From the NCBI RefSeq assembly GCF_963676685.1, contig NC_092353.1, forward strand, positions 84,320,001 to 84,384,000: a stretch of DNA of 64,000 nucleotides, read 5' to 3'. This document shows positions 1 to 15,400 of the stretch, piece after piece. Source of the stretch: Mytilus edulis. Lineage: Eukaryota. Numbering within the stretch: the stretch's first letter is position 1; each line of letters opens with the position of its first letter. The notes beneath the pieces are model-generated. The model searched no databases and had not been told where the DNA came from. It worked only from the letters and a program-made list of their open reading frames with translations. The position numbers were made by a program, and so were the translations under genes.

Positions 1-3000
1 TTACCTTTATGTTTATACTCATCCCGTTATTGATCCCTGCAATACAACACATAGTTATATTCAATATTTATATACATATCACTTACCGAATTAATGTAAC
101 TGAAAGATATATGCTTTCAACAAACTTACAGGAATATTAATAAAAATCAATCCCTAAAGTCCAAAGTTTATATGGATATTCAATTGCATACATGTATCTC
201 TTTACATACAAAACCAATCTACTGCGAGTGGGTTCACACAATGACACTTTTGTTAGATGACAAAGACTTTAAAGTAGGTGAGCTTTCTGTTAAAGTTGAC
301 AAATAAGAATATAGAAATACACTGTATGGAAATGAAATATGTGTCGGACGAGATTTATTCTATTGACCTAGTTTCGGGGAGCGTATACAATATGTAATTA
401 AAATAAAGCGAAACCAACTGATTTCATCATCATCTTCACACAATTACTGTCATTATTATTCTATGTAAAACAACAATTGTTCATGTTTGGTTGGCTTTGT
501 TTCAAAACATAATTATAAATTATGTGATAAAAAAAAATCTGGTACAGTACATGAACCATGTACTGTTTGTTAAAACAAGGACAGTAATTGTGTAAAAATA
601 AGGAGGGATTCCGTGGACATTTCGCTTTATTTCAATAGGTTTTATACTATTATAGGTGTAGGTGGTCGGATGAAAATATGTAAACATCCGTATTATGTAT
701 GTGTCTTACCCAAGATAGGAGCCTACTGTTCAGTAATTGTTGTTTGAAGCCAAATTGCTGATCATCAAATTTTGGCTAATAATTGGGAAAAAGATCCAAC
801 CATTGTTTTTTTCCTTTTATATTGATGTTAATTTTTCATTGCTGGCAGCTGTTGTCGACCTTTAGTTGCTTACATGAAGGTAACCTGGTCTTATCTTTCT
901 TATTTGAATCCAGTAACTGTCCTGTGTACAAACTATGTTAGGAAATACAAAACCTAAACTACAACATCGATAAAGATATCATAAACTAGTCAAAACATTT
1001 ACTAAAATTTATCATCGGTGTAAGGAAATAATTCGTAAATATAACTCAACCTGCAGACATCTTATACGTTCAGTTATTTCACATCCAATCTTTAATGGTA
1101 ATATTCTTCACAAAGCACAAAAATGTCAGTATTCAAATCAAAAGCTAACGATCGAAAAGTCTGGCCAGCTCAGATAAAAAAAAATTTCAAACTTAGCCAG
1201 AAACATGAGAAAAACATTTGTCGTTCAATTCCTGCCAAAACTTGTTGAAACATTTATTGGTTATTAATCTTGAAAATCACAAACTTTTATCGAATTTGAT
1301 CGTATGGAATTTTCAAAATCTATAATCAAGTTTGTTAACAAGGCACACAAAAAAGTAGATTTTTTGTAAAAAATTCATTTCCCCCTCCAAACCTTCTACA
1401 GACTGTCTTTACATTCTTTTTATGTGTAATAGTCAAAGGCATACTGTCCCATTAATAATTGTTATAAATTTTATAAAGAAAAACAGCAATATTCAATATG
1501 GGACGAGTACCCTTCGGGCGAATTGACATAATTTATTATCACAACTTTTTATTGGTTTTTCTCCCCAGACCAAAAAATGCCCCTGTCATCAATAGCAGAC
1601 GCTATCAGAATTCATTCTTTTGACAGTCTGTCACTATATAAGTACTATCTTGGTGTTAATGTAAATTTTCTATATACATAAGCTTGTACGTAGATTGATT
1701 TTCAGATCATATCATCTGGAATAGTCACTTTTATATAAATTTGAAAAAACAAACAAACACAAACAGTAAGTACAAACTCTGTATCAATGACATAGCACTA
1801 AAACCAAATTACTTCATTATTTAATCCATTTGTTCTAATCGAATTTCACAAAACTTCTAAGATTTTTTCAAAAATGATGCCACAAGACAGTGTATAGTCA
1901 CTGGAATATTCATGCATAGTTGATGCCTAAGTTCATAACATAAAAAAGCGAAAACTACTTGTCAAAATACTATTTAACACTTTCATGCATCACTGCATTG
2001 GTTGAATGTTAATTAGTCGACTGACTGTCAATCGACAGCTCTACATGATCAATGTTTGTAATTTATTAGATTAATTACTTTTTTAAAAGGTCAAGTTTTA
2101 CGGACTCATAAAGCAATCAGTCAACACACACAAAAAGACTAAATAAAATATTCAAACAAAGGCTGAATAACAATGCCAATTACGAATAGGACTGAACCGA
2201 TACAGCAAGCACATTGTTATAATTATTATTCATCAAATGAATGTGAAAGGATTTATTTGAAATCAGCCATAAGAAAATATATATATAAGTTTTATAATAT
2301 AGCCAACTCTACTCAATCGATTAAATTACTTTCAATGTATCGCTTTGTTTTCTGTCATTAATTGTATAATGATCTATAGAATAGAATTTTGTTCAGTACG
2401 TATATCATGATTACACAGCTAATTATCAACCAGAACATAATTTTCTCGGGTACATCTCTACAACTAACAACCTGTGTCATTTGCATTATTTCATTTTGTT
2501 TCTATAAATATATATATACTAAGTACTTTGATAACGAAACACTAGCTTATCATAATTTTTAATTTTCGATTAGTATTTAAATAAACTCAAAGTACTTAAT
2601 AGCATACACAACCTACTGTTTTTTTATCGTTATTGTCAAAAGTAAAATTTTGGAACGAATGCATGTACTTATCATGTCGTATCGATCTTAATTTGCATAG
2701 TTTTCCCTCAGTAAAATGAGTGCCTAGTTGTCAGCTTGAAAGGACACCTAGTCGATTTAATAAAAAGTAAACAGTTTTACGGGGGATATCCTGGGATTTT
2801 TTAAATAAGGCCACACCATACCCTTGAGCATGTTTTATCTTTTGTGACAATTGCGGAAAAGTCTACCAACGTCATCCCTCATATCGGGTTTGAATACTAG
2901 TAACAGGCAACAGTAGTTTACTGATATTCACATATCTTCGGACCAAATGTATGTCGGCGTAATATTGGTAAACCAATTGAGTCAATAAATAGTCAAAATT

Positions 3001-4500
3001 CTTTTTTTTATACAACAAACAGGGCCCGGGATTGATTAGTTTTTCATTAAATACAAAACTATGACACTTGCTACCCAAACTTTACTTGTTTCAAAACAGA
3101 TTTATCGGCACAATCTGTACGAGTAATGAGTAGTCGAATGTCCACTGACTCATTTAAAACAAACTAATCGATTTCACTATGCTCCTTACCCTTTTCCCTC
3201 TCAGTTTAAGAATAGGTATTTACATTAGATGGGCTCTAGAAGAAAATCTATAATCGTTCAATTCAAACACATGTAGTATCAATTAATGTATTTAACCTTG
3301 ATCGTAATGCAATTCCTTATATAGCTATATATCATATCAAACATAAATATATAAACCTTGTTTAAAATATTCCAATCAATCTTAGTTAAATCGAAAAATT
3401 AGTACGAACAAGTAAAATGATGTAGTATCGATTAAAACGTTCTGTAAACAAAAGGGATTAGACAATCTTAAATAATCCTGTTTATATATTTTTATAATCA
3501 GTAAATCAGCGTATGTTAGATTGTTCAATCTCAATATATTACTTTAGTGTTTATATTCATCTCGTTATTGATCCCTGCAATACAACACATGGTTTTATCC
3601 CTGCAATACAACATATAGTTTTATTCAATATTTTTATATATATATATATATCACTTACCGAATTAATGTAACTGAAAGATATATGCTTTCAAGAAACTCA
3701 CAGAAATATTAATAAAAATCAATCCCTAAAGTTTAAAGTTAATATAGATATTCAATTGTATACATTTATCTCTTTATATAAAAAAACAATCTACTGCGAG
3801 TGGGTCCAAACAATGACGGTTTTGTTTAATGACAAAGACTTGGGTCTTGTATTGTTTGTTAAAACAAAAACAGTACTTGTGTAAAAATGAGGAGGGAATC
3901 CGTGAACATTTCGCTTTATTTCAATAGGTTTTATACTATTATATACTATTTATACCATTATAGGTAAAGGTGGTCGGATGAAAATATGTTCACATCCGTA
4001 TTATGTATGTGTCTTACCCAAGACAGGAGCCTATATTTCAGTAATTGTTGTTTGAAGCCAAATTGCTGATTATCAACTTTTTTGGCGAATAATTGGGAAA
4101 AAATTCGACCAGTGTTTTTTTCCTTTTATATTGATGTTCATTTTTCATTGCTGACAGCTGTTGTCGACCTCTAGTTGCTTACATGTGCGTAACCTGGTCT
4201 CAGGTGGTTAGTTGTTTAATTATTATTGCGTTACCAGTAATATCATATTTCTTATTTGAATCCAGTAACTGTCCTGTGTACAAACTATGTTAGAAAATAC
4301 AAAACCTAAACTACAACATCGATAAAGATATCAAAAACTAGTCAAAACATTACTAAATTTTATCATCGGTGTAAGGAATTAATTCGTTAATATAACTCTA
4401 CATGCAGACATCTTATACGTTCAGGTATTTCACATCCAATCTTTAATGGTAATATTCTTCACTAAGCACAACAATCTCAGTATTCACTTCAAAAGCTAAC
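1..4500. repeat. Macrosatellite array 1: ~3.5-kb unit (one full unit plus a partial; continues off the window start)
   Basis: Marker cgttattgatccctgcaatacaacac at ~25 and ~3563 (period ~3540), with colinear similarity to 10545-22360. Confidence 0.9.
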
Positions 4501-7001
4501 AAAACCTGTGTACTGTTGTCAGGTCATTAAACATTGCATGTTTTGGCTTTAATGTTGATTCACTTATAGGGTCTTTGAATCGGAACTATACACATTTATT
4601 CTAAAACCAGTTGTTGGCATGACACGGGTTATGTTCTTCTCATATCTTTCATGATGGTGTTATACTCAACCCCTAACAGGAGATATTGTGCCTGATACTC
4701 ATAAGATGAAGACACAATCTTTCAAACAGTTTAATTGAGATCTGGAGCTGGCATGTCAGTAATTTCTCAGTAACTAGTCTATTGTTATTTATGTATTATT
4801 GTCATTTTGTTTATTTTCTTTTGTTTCATTTTCTGACATCGAACTCGGACTTCTCTTAAACTGAGTTTTACTGTGCGTATTGTTGTGCGTTTGTTTTTTC
4901 TATATTGGATAGAAATATGTTTAACCCCTCCGCAATTTTGCTCCTGTCCCAAGTCAGGAGCCTTTGGCCTTTATTAGTCTTGTGTGATTTTTAATTTTAG
5001 TTTCTTGTGATTAATTCGGAGTTTAGTGTGACGTCCATCATCACTTAATTAGTATAATTATTTGTTAAGATGATAACACAATATTGACTGCTGTACCCCT
5101 ATTTTTGACATTTTTACTCTTTGAGTATGTTTGTTTTGTTCATGCATCGTTGACAATGTAATGTAATTTGATGCAACTGTCATACAAGTGTGAGGTTTAG
5201 CTAGCTATAAAACCAGGTTCAATCCACCATTTTCTACATTAGAAAATGCCTGTACCAAGTCAGGAATATGACAGTTGTTATCCATTCGTTTGATGTGTTT
5301 GGACTTTTGATTTTGCCTTTTGATTTTTGATTTTCCTTTTTGAATTTTCCTCGGAGTTCAGTATTTTTGTGTTTTTACTTTTTAAGGGGCCAGTTGAAGG
5401 ACGGCTTCGAGTGCGGGAGTTTCTCGCTACATTGAAGACCGATTAGTGGCCTTTGGCTGTTGTCTGTTCTATGGTTGGATTGTTTTTACACATTCCCCAT
5501 TTCCATTCTCAATTTTTAAATTACATTTTGCCATAATCATACTGGAATATTTCTACATTAAACCTAACAAATTACAATAACAATTGAGAGTTTTTCTCTT
5601 GTTTCTTAAGTTGTTAGCCGGACATAAATTTCAATTGCTAAATTTTCTATTAACAATTATTTGACTCTGAGAACCTAAAATTAAACATCATTATAACAAT
5701 AGTAAAACAGGTGCTTTATTGATATCAAAAAGTGTAACAAAAACAGAAAGTCAAGAGGCGTCGATTGAGCAAGTTTGTTTTGTTTTTACATCCTTCGTAA
5801 TTTAAGTCAAATGTCACAATTAGTTAATTTACAGATCAGACACCTATTCAGATATTTCAAGATCAAACATCACACATGCATCGATATACAGAATCATCAT
5901 ATTGATCAAACCGTTTGTATTGATGACTGTCAATCTTGAAAATCGTCAATTTAGCATTTCAATAGAATAAACTAGTCATATTAAGTCTGATGTTTTTTAT
6001 GTTTGTTTTTTGCCGAAATGTGTTCAGAAAAATGCTTTAAGAAACAACAAACTATGGCGGTATGTATCAATACCGAATACATGTAATAAGTAAAATTACA
6101 AAAAATACTGATCTCAGAGAAAAATTTAAAACGGAAAGTCCTTAATTAAATGGCATAATCAAAAGGCCAAACACATCAAACGAATGGATAACAACTATCA
6201 TATATCTGACTTGGTTCAGACATTTTCTTACGAAGAGCCACTTTAAAAGTGTTTAACTAAAAATGAACTTAACAATAAAGGTTTAAATTATGCAAAGACA
6301 AACAAAACGAATTAAGAGTATAAAAAACCTCAGTACCTAAAATTTTAACTTCAAGAACAGCATGTATTATTTTTGAAATAGATACTGAATATTAATCAAT
6401 AATGTCTTGGTAAATCTTCAATTGCATTTTTTTAAACGAAACGTCTTTTGACATTTACTATGTCCAAGCTTTAGAAGTCAAAATACGTTAGGAACATAGG
6501 AACATACATTGCATGTGCAGGGGGAAATAATATATTGCTCCTAAAGTGAAGAAAATTTAGAATTTCAAAATTGAAGTTGTCCTATTTTTCAGAGATTCTA
6601 GTACTGAGATGACTGCTCATGTCAAAATCGAGATATAAGTAAAATAATTGGGCAGACACAGCCATGACGTTTCTTTAATTTCTAGTTTTGTAGGATATAT
6701 AAATAGAACCTATTCAGAAAAGTTTGGAATGTTAGTAGAACAAAAGCCATCATCATTATATCTGAGTGTGAATGAAATAATCTGGCTTCTTCGCTTGTTT
6801 GTTTTAGAATAGTGTTTGAAGGAACCCTCACTCATACAAAATAAGACAAAAGCGATCTTTGGTACAATTTTCATCTATATTCAAATAAAAAGGTTTTTTT
6901 TACATTTGAAGATCAGAAAGGTTTAATTGTCATTCAAGAAGACTCTGGTAGTCTTTTGCAATATATATTTTGAATATCAATCTGCATATTGGACCTTCAG
7001 T
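4500..7001. repeat. Shared array tail, copy 1 (duplicate of 22360-24535)
   Basis: Colinear match ending at ggaccttcagt (6991-7001 and 24526-24536). Copy 1 has an extra ~315-bp insertion at ~5067-5383. Confidence 0.88.
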
Positions 7002-7987
7002 GAACCAGGTGAACCATACAAATCATATCGGATTGATTTGGGATACACATACATCAATCACACTATTTATTGCTTTCTTCAAATTTAAAAATGTATAAAT
7101 GAAATGAGAATTGTTTTCCGTGATAGCAATTTTCATCAGACTTAGAAACCTTCTCCTTGTAGGAAACTTAGAAGTAAAAATTCTTTACAATCATATTAGA
7201 TATAGCAATGGTTATGTTTTCCCAATGAAGTGCAGTATTTAAATTTCGTAGAAAATTTAAAAAATGGTCTTTGCTGTTTGATTCGATATAAGAAGATGTG
7301 GCATGAGTGTTTATGAGAAAACTCCAACTTAGTCCTATTTATCTAAAAAAAAACACTAAGAAAAACTTATGAACCGCATCAACAAACGACAACTACTGAA
7401 CATCAGATTGGAGAACGGTGCAATCAATTGCAGCAGTTTTTAACATTCTAATAGCAACAACCTTCACACTTATCTGAAACATCAAAACACACTATAGAAT
7501 ATCAATTGAAATGGCTTAACTCAATCAAAAGACAGTTGACACAAGTGAACAAACACTGAAGGAATAATTTGATCTATTCTACAATGTTAATACATGATAA
7601 TAGAATAAAATGTGAATAGATAAAGACCACAGTATAATATCGCTGTTGGATGTTTTAAAAATCTAAAACAACAATAACATAGAAAAAAATTCCGCCATTT
7701 ACAATAATACGCACAGATAAATGAAAACAATTTTGATGCTGGGTATTAAGTATAAAAACAAAAAAGAAATATTTTTAAGAAATAAACAATTCTGTTGTTC
7801 ACAGCACGATGACGTAAATTTATAGTCAAAGCAAACACTTATGAAAGCTGGTATATAGACGAGAAATAACCGCGAACAAGTAAATATTAAATGACAAAAA
7901 AGCATTATAAATAGTATCGACAGGTCAAATTAACAAGAAAGTCAGTGATTGTCTGTTTTACATTTTTGCAATTATATGTCATACAGC

Positions 7988-9490
7988 ATGATGTTTAGCT
8001 CTTAGATGTTTATGTCTTTTTTCCTCTACAATATTAGTAAAATCCGTGATTACTATTCAATTATCCGAGGAAAGCTCTCAAGACAATCAATTGTATGATG
8101 TTTAACTCTTAGATGTTTATGTCTTTGTTCCTCTACAATATTAGTAAAATCCGTGATTACTATTCAATTATCCGAGGAAAGCTCTCAAGACAATTAATTG
8201 TATGATGTTTAACTCGTATATGTTTATGTCTTTGTTCCTCTACAATATTAGTAGAATCCGTGATTACTATTCAATTATCCGAGGAAAGCTCTCAAGACAA
8301 TTAATTGTATGATGTTTAACTCGTAGATGTTTATGTCTTTGTTCCTCTACAATATTAGTAAAATCCGTGATTTACTATTCAATTATCCGAGGAAATCTCT
8401 CAAGACAATTAATTGTATGATGTTTAACTCGTAGATGTTTATGTCTTTTTTCCTCTACAATATTAGTAAAATCCGTGATTACTATTCAATTATCCGAGGA
8501 AAGCTCTCAAGACAATCAATTGTATGATGTTTAACTCTTAGATGTTTATGTCTTTGTTCCTCTACAATATTAGTAAAATCCGTGATTACTATTCAATTAT
8601 CCGAGGAAAGCTCTCAAGACAATTAATTGTATGATGTTTAACTCGTATATGTTTATGTCTTTGTTCCTCTACAATATTAGTAGAATCCGTGATTACTATT
8701 CAATTATCCGAGGAAAGCTCTCAAGACAATTAATTGTATGATGTTTAACTCGTAGATGTTTATGTCTTTGTTCCTCTACAATATTAGTAAAATCCGTGAT
8801 TTACTATTCAATTATCCGAGGAAATCTCTCAAGACAATTAATTGTATGATGTTTAACTCGTAGATGTTTATGTCTTTGTTCCTCTACAATATTAGTAAAA
8901 TCCGTGATTACTATTCAATTATCCGAGGAAAGCTCTCAAGACAATTAATTGTATGATGTTTAACTCTTAGATGTTTATGTCTTTGTTCCTCTACAATATT
9001 AGTAAAATCCGTGATTACTATTCAATTATCCGAGGAAAGCTCTCAAGACAATCAATTGTATGATGTTTAGCTCTTAGATGTTTATGTCTTTGTTCCTCTA
9101 CAATATTAGTAAAATCCGTGATTACTATTCAATTATCCGAGGAAATCTCTCAAGACAATTAATTGTATGATGTTTAACTCTTAGATGTTTATGTCTTTGT
9201 TCCTCTACAATATTAGTAAAATCCGTGATTACTATTCAATTATCCGAGGAAAGCTCTCAAGACAATTAATTGTATGATGTTTAACTCTTAGATGTTTATG
9301 TCTTTGTTCCTCTACAATATTAGTAAAATCCGTGATTACTATTCAATTATCCGAGGAAAGCTCTCAAGACAATCAATTTTATGATGTTTAACTCTTAGAT
9401 GTTTATGTCTTTGTTCCTCTACAATATTAGTAAAATCCGTGATTACTATTCAATTATCCGAGGAATGATCTCAAGACAATCAATTGTATG
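7988..9490. repeat. 107-bp satellite, ~14 highly similar copies
   Basis: Unit atgatgtttaactcttagatgtttatgtc...ctcaagacaattaattgt starts at 7988, 8095 and onward. Confidence 0.97.
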
Positions 9491-12400
9491 AAAAGACTGG
9501 GACAATATTCCTTAAGACACCGATTAGTCGAGCATTATTTTGGTATTTGATACTTTGTACTACCACGCGATTATAGAGTACTTGAGTAAAACATGACCAA
9601 GTATCGTCTGACCAGGTAAGAATATATTTACACTTTCAATTAGCCTCTCATTATTATAATCAAACTTTGATACTAGCGCACGTTAAGTATTAACATGATG
9701 AGAATAAGGAATGTAAATCGTTTAATAGTCATTTCAACAGATGGAAGGAGAGAACAATCAGATGGTTTTGTGATCACAAGAAGGATACATTATTTAACAT
9801 GGAGATTTCTCCTTCTTCGGGTACAATCTTATCTTGTTTATTTTAAATTCCCTCATTTAAAAAAAAATCAAATGATTACTTGAATAAGTTTTTCTCAAAT
9901 TGTATAATAACAAAACTTTATCAATACATTTTAAAATTGTTTGTTTTGATCCTACAACGTTGTGAACATAATGAAATTTTATGCGACGTCATACATTGAG
10001 AAATTAGCTAGCATTAACGCAGTTTACGTGCACCATTTTAGACAGCTGTTATTTATTCTTTTTATGTGTTTGAGCTGTGGATCTTGCCATTTTATAAGGA
10101 ACTTTTTGTTTTGAATTTTCCTCGGAGTTCTTATTTTGTGATTTTACTTTTTAACATCAGATTTAGATGCAATAATTTTGAACTCTCCAATAAAAATAAC
10201 TTTGAATATTACAAGTATCTTGCCTACACCTTTACCCCTTATCGATTCCCTTTTGTGGAGGGGGGATAGACTATAAGTTGGTACCCTCAAATAACCTTTA
10301 CAGTGTTGAAATCTCAACTGAAAGGTGTTATAATTTTTTTCTTCGGTAGCAAATGTTTATATCAATAAAACTTGGTCGCGGCAGGTTTTGAGTTGTGTAT
10401 GATATTTTATATAAACGGTGCTACTCAAACAGGAAAAGTTAACCGTCTCTTGGAATTCGTTTTCGTCTTTTTAATTTCATGACCATAAAACTACAAAAGC
10501 CATCACAACAGACAAAAGGTCGAACATGGAACGCTGTCAATTTATGCCGAAGTTCAAAACATAAAAAAGCTACTTGTCAAAATACTCTTTTAAAGTTTCA
10601 ACTTTGGTTGAATGTTAATTAGTAGACTTTGTAATTTATTAGATTTATTACCTTTTTTAAAGGTTAAGTTGTACGGACTCACAACACAATCACTAAAAAC
10701 ACACAAAAAGACTAAATAAAATATCCAAACAAAGGCTGAATAACAATGTCAATTAAAAAAGGACTGAACCGTTACAGCAAACACATTGTCATACTTCATT
10801 GTTATAATTATTATTCATCAATTAAATGTGAAAGGAGTTATTTAATATATATATATGTTTTTATAATATAGCCAACTCTACTCAATCGATTCAATTACTT
10901 TCAATATATCGCTTTGTTTTCTGTCATTCATTGTATAAAGGTCTTTAGAACAGGGTTTTGTTCAGTACGTATATCATGTTAACAGAGGTAATTATCAACC
11001 AGAACATAATTTTCTCGCGTACAACTCTGCGACTAACAAACTGTGTCATTTGCATTATTTTATTGTATTCAATAAATATATATATACTAAGTACTTTGAT
11101 TAAGAAACACTAGCCTATCATGATTTTCATTTTTCGATTTGTATTCAAATAAACTCAAAGTACTTTTGAATAGCATAAATCAACTACTGTTTTGTTTATG
11201 TACGCATGACAGCTTGAAAGGACACCTAGTCGATTTAATAAATCGTAAACAGTTTACCGGGGGATACTCTGGTATTTTTGAAATGAGGCCACACCATACC
11301 CTTGAGAATGTTTTTATCTTTTGTGACAATTGCGGAAAAGTCTACAAACGTCATCCCTCATATCGGGATTGAATACTAGTAACAGGCAACAGTAGTTTAC
11401 TGATGTTCACATATCTTCGGACCATATGTATGTCGACATAATATTGGTAAACCAATTGAGTCAACAAATAGTCAAAATTCCTTTTTTATACAACAAGCAG
11501 GGCCCAGGATCGATTAGTTTTTCATTAAATACAAAACTATGGCACTAGCTACCCAAACTTTACTTGTTTCGGAACAGAGTTATCGGCACAATCAATCTGC
11601 ACGAGTATTGAGTAGCCGAATGTCCACTGACTCATTTAAAACAAACCAATCGATTTCATTATGCCCCTTACCCCTTTCCCTCTCAGTTTTAAAATAGGTA
11701 TTTACATCAGATGGGCTCTAGAAGAAAATCTATAATCGTATAATTCATACACATGTAATATCAATTAATATATTTAACCTTGATCCTGATGTAATTCCTT
11801 ATATAGCTATATATCATACATAAATGAATCTTCGTAGAAATATTCCAATCAATCATAGTTACATCGAAAAATTAATACGGCAAAAAAAAAGTGATATAGT
11901 AGCGATAAAAACGTTCTGCAAACAAAGGTGATTAGACAATCTTAAATAATCCTGTTTATAGATTTTTATAATCAGTAAATCAGCGTATGTTAGGTTGTTC
12001 AATCTCAATTGATAACTTTTGTGTTTATACTCATCCCGTTTTTGATCCCTGCAATACAACATATAGTTTTATCCCTGCAAAACAACACATAGTTTTATCC
12101 CTGCAATACAACATATAGTTTTATACCTGCAATACAACACATAGTTTTATCCCTGCAATACAACACATAGTTTTATTCAATATTCATATATATATATATA
12201 TCACTTACCGAAACAATGAACCTGAATGATATATGCTTTCCACAAAATCACAGGAATATGAATAAAAACAATCCCTAAAGTCTAAAGTTAATATAGATAT
12301 TCAATTGTATACATGTATCTCTTTATATAAAAAACAATCTACTGCGAGTGGGTCCAAACAATGACGCTTTTGTTTAATGACAAAGACGTTAAATTAGGTT

Positions 12401-15400
12401 AGCTTTTTGTTAAAGTTGACAAAGAAGACTATAATAATACACTGTATGGAAATGAAATATGTGTCGAATGAGATTTATTCTATTGGCCTAGTTTTGGGGA
12501 GCGTATACAATATGTAATTAAAATTTAGCGAAACCCACTGATTTACTCATCAACTTCACACAATTACTGTCATTTTCTTTTATCTATATAAAACAATAAA
12601 TTGTTCATGTTTGGTTCGCTTTGTTTCAAACATAATTATAAATTCTGTGATAAAAAAAAATCTGGTCCAGTACATGAACCATGTACTGTTTGTTAAAACA
12701 AGGACAGTAATTGTGTAAAACTGAGGAGGGATTCCCTGGACATTTCGCTTTATTTCAATAGGTTTATACTATCAAAGGTGAAGGTGGTCGGATGAAAATA
12801 TGTAAACATCCGTATTATGTATGTGTCTTACCCAGGCCAGTTAGCACTGTTCAGTATTTGTTGTTGGAAGCCAAATTGTTGATTATCAAATGATGGCTAA
12901 TAATTGGGGATAAGATCAGACCATTGTTTTTTTCCTCTTATATTGATGTTCATTTTTCATTGCTGACAGCTGTTGTCAACCTTCAGTTGCTTACATGTGC
13001 GTAACCTGGTCTCAGGTGGTTAGTTGTCTAATTATTATTGCGTAACCAGTTCTATCATCTTTTTTATTTGAATCCAGTAACTTTCATGTGTACAAACTAT
13101 ATTAGGAAATACAAAACCTAAACTACAACGTCAATAAAGATGTCACAAACAAGTCAAAACATTTACTAAATTTTATCATCGGTGTAAGGAAATAATTTGT
13201 AAATATAACTCAACCAGCAGACATGTTATATGTTCAGGTATTTCACATCCAATCTTTAATGGTAATATTCTTCACAATAATTATTCACGTCAAAAGCTAA
13301 CAAACGAAAAGTGTGGCCAGCTCAGATAACATTTTTATTTCAAACTTAGCCAGAAAAATTTTGTCGTTTAATTTCTGCCTAAAATTGTTGAAACATTTAT
13401 TGGTTATTAATCTTGAAAATCACAAACTTTTTTCGAATTTGATCGTATGGAATTTTCAAACTCTATAATCAAGTTTGTTAACATGGCACAGAAAAAAAGT
13501 CGAACTTTGGGAAAAAAATCATTTCCCCCTTCCAGACCTTCTACAGACTGTATTTACATTCTTTTTATGTGTAATAGTCAAAGGCATACTGTCCCAATAA
13601 AAATTGTTATAAATTTTATAAAGAAAAACAGCAATATTCAGTATGGGACGAGTACCCTTCGGGCGAATTGAGATAATTTATGATCACAACTATATATTGG
13701 TTTCTCTCCCAGACCAAAAAAATGCCCCTGTCACCAATGGCAGACGCTATCAAAATTTATTATTTTGACAGTCTGTCGCTATTTAAGTACCATCTTTGTG
13801 TTGATGTAGATTTTCATATGCATAAGCTTGTACTTTAATTGATTTTATGGTCATATCTTCTGGAATAGTCAAATTTATGTAAATTTGAAAAAACTAACAA
13901 ACACAAATAGTAAGTACAAACTCTGTATCAATGACATAGCACTAAAACCAAATTATTCATTATCTAATCCATTTGTTCTAGTCGAATGTCACAAAAATTC
14001 CAAGATATTTTCAAAAATGATGCCACAAGACAGTGTATAGTCACTGGAATGTTCATGCATAGTTGATGCCTAAGTTCATAACATAAAAAGCGAAAACTAG
14101 TTGTCAAAATACTATTAAAAACTTTCATGCATCACTGCATTGGTTGAATGTCAATTAGTCGACTGACTGTCAATCTTCAACTCTACGTGATCAATGTTTG
14201 TAATTTATTAGATTAATTACTTTTTGAAAGGTCAAGTTTTACGGACTCATAAAGCAATCAGTCAACACACACAAAAAGACTAAATAAGATATCCAAACAA
14301 AGTATGAATAACAATGCCAATTAAAAATAGGACTGAACCGATACAGCAAACACATTGTTATAATTATTATTAATAAAATGAATGTGAAAGGATTTATTTG
14401 AAATCAGCCATAAGTAAATATATCTATAAGTTTTATAATATAGCCAACTCTACTCAATCGATTACATTACTTTCAATATATCGCTTTGTTTTCTGTCATT
14501 CATTGTACAATGATCTATAGATCAGAATTTTGTAAAGTAGTATGTATATCATGTTAACAGAGGTAATTATCAACCAACACATAATTTTCTCGGGTACAAC
14601 TCTGCGACTAACAACCTGTGTCATTTGCAGTATTTTATTTTGTTTCAATAAATATATATATACTAAGTACCTTGATTAAGGATCACTAGCTTATCATAAT
14701 TTTCATTTTTCGATTTGTATTCAAATAAACTCAAAGTACTTCATAGCATACACAACCTACTGTTTTTTCATCGTTATTGTCAAAAGTAAAATTTTGGAAC
14801 GCATGTACTTATCACGTCGTATCGATCTTAAATTGCATAGTTTTCCCTCAGTAAGATGAGTCTCTAGATGTCAGCTCGAAAGGAAACCAAGTCGATTTAA
14901 TAAAAAGTAAACAGTTTTACGGCGGATATCCTGGGATTTTTGAAATGAGGCCACACCATACCCTTGAGAATGTTTTTATCTTTCGTGACAATTGCGGAAA
15001 AGTCTACAAACGTCATCCCTCATATCGGGTTTGAATACTAGAAACAGGCAACAGTAGTTTACTGATGTTCACATATCTTCGGACCACATGTATGTCGGTG
15101 TAATATTGGTAAACCAATTGAGTCAATAAATAGTCAAAATTCCTTTTTTTTATACAACAAGCAGGGCCCGGGATTAATTAGTTTTTTTTTTGTTTTTTTT
15201 ATTAAAAACAAAAGTATGACACTTGCTCCCCAAATTTTTTTTGTTTCAGAACAGAGTTATCGGCACAATCTGCACGAGTAATGCGTAGTCAAATGTCCAA
15301 TGACTCATTTCAAACAAACCAATCGATTACAATATGATCCTTACCCTTTTCCATCTTAGTTTTAGAATAGGTATTAACATCAGATGGGCTCTAGAAGAAA

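Noticed and set aside
7988-9490. CRISPR-like regular array
   Set aside because: Whole units are near-identical with no unique spacers, the context is eukaryotic and there are no cas genes. It is a satellite.
11139-11372. FCDNCGKVYKRH zinc-finger-like peptide in the macrosatellite
   Set aside because: Lacks the HxxxH half, and the frame is broken differently in the sister units.
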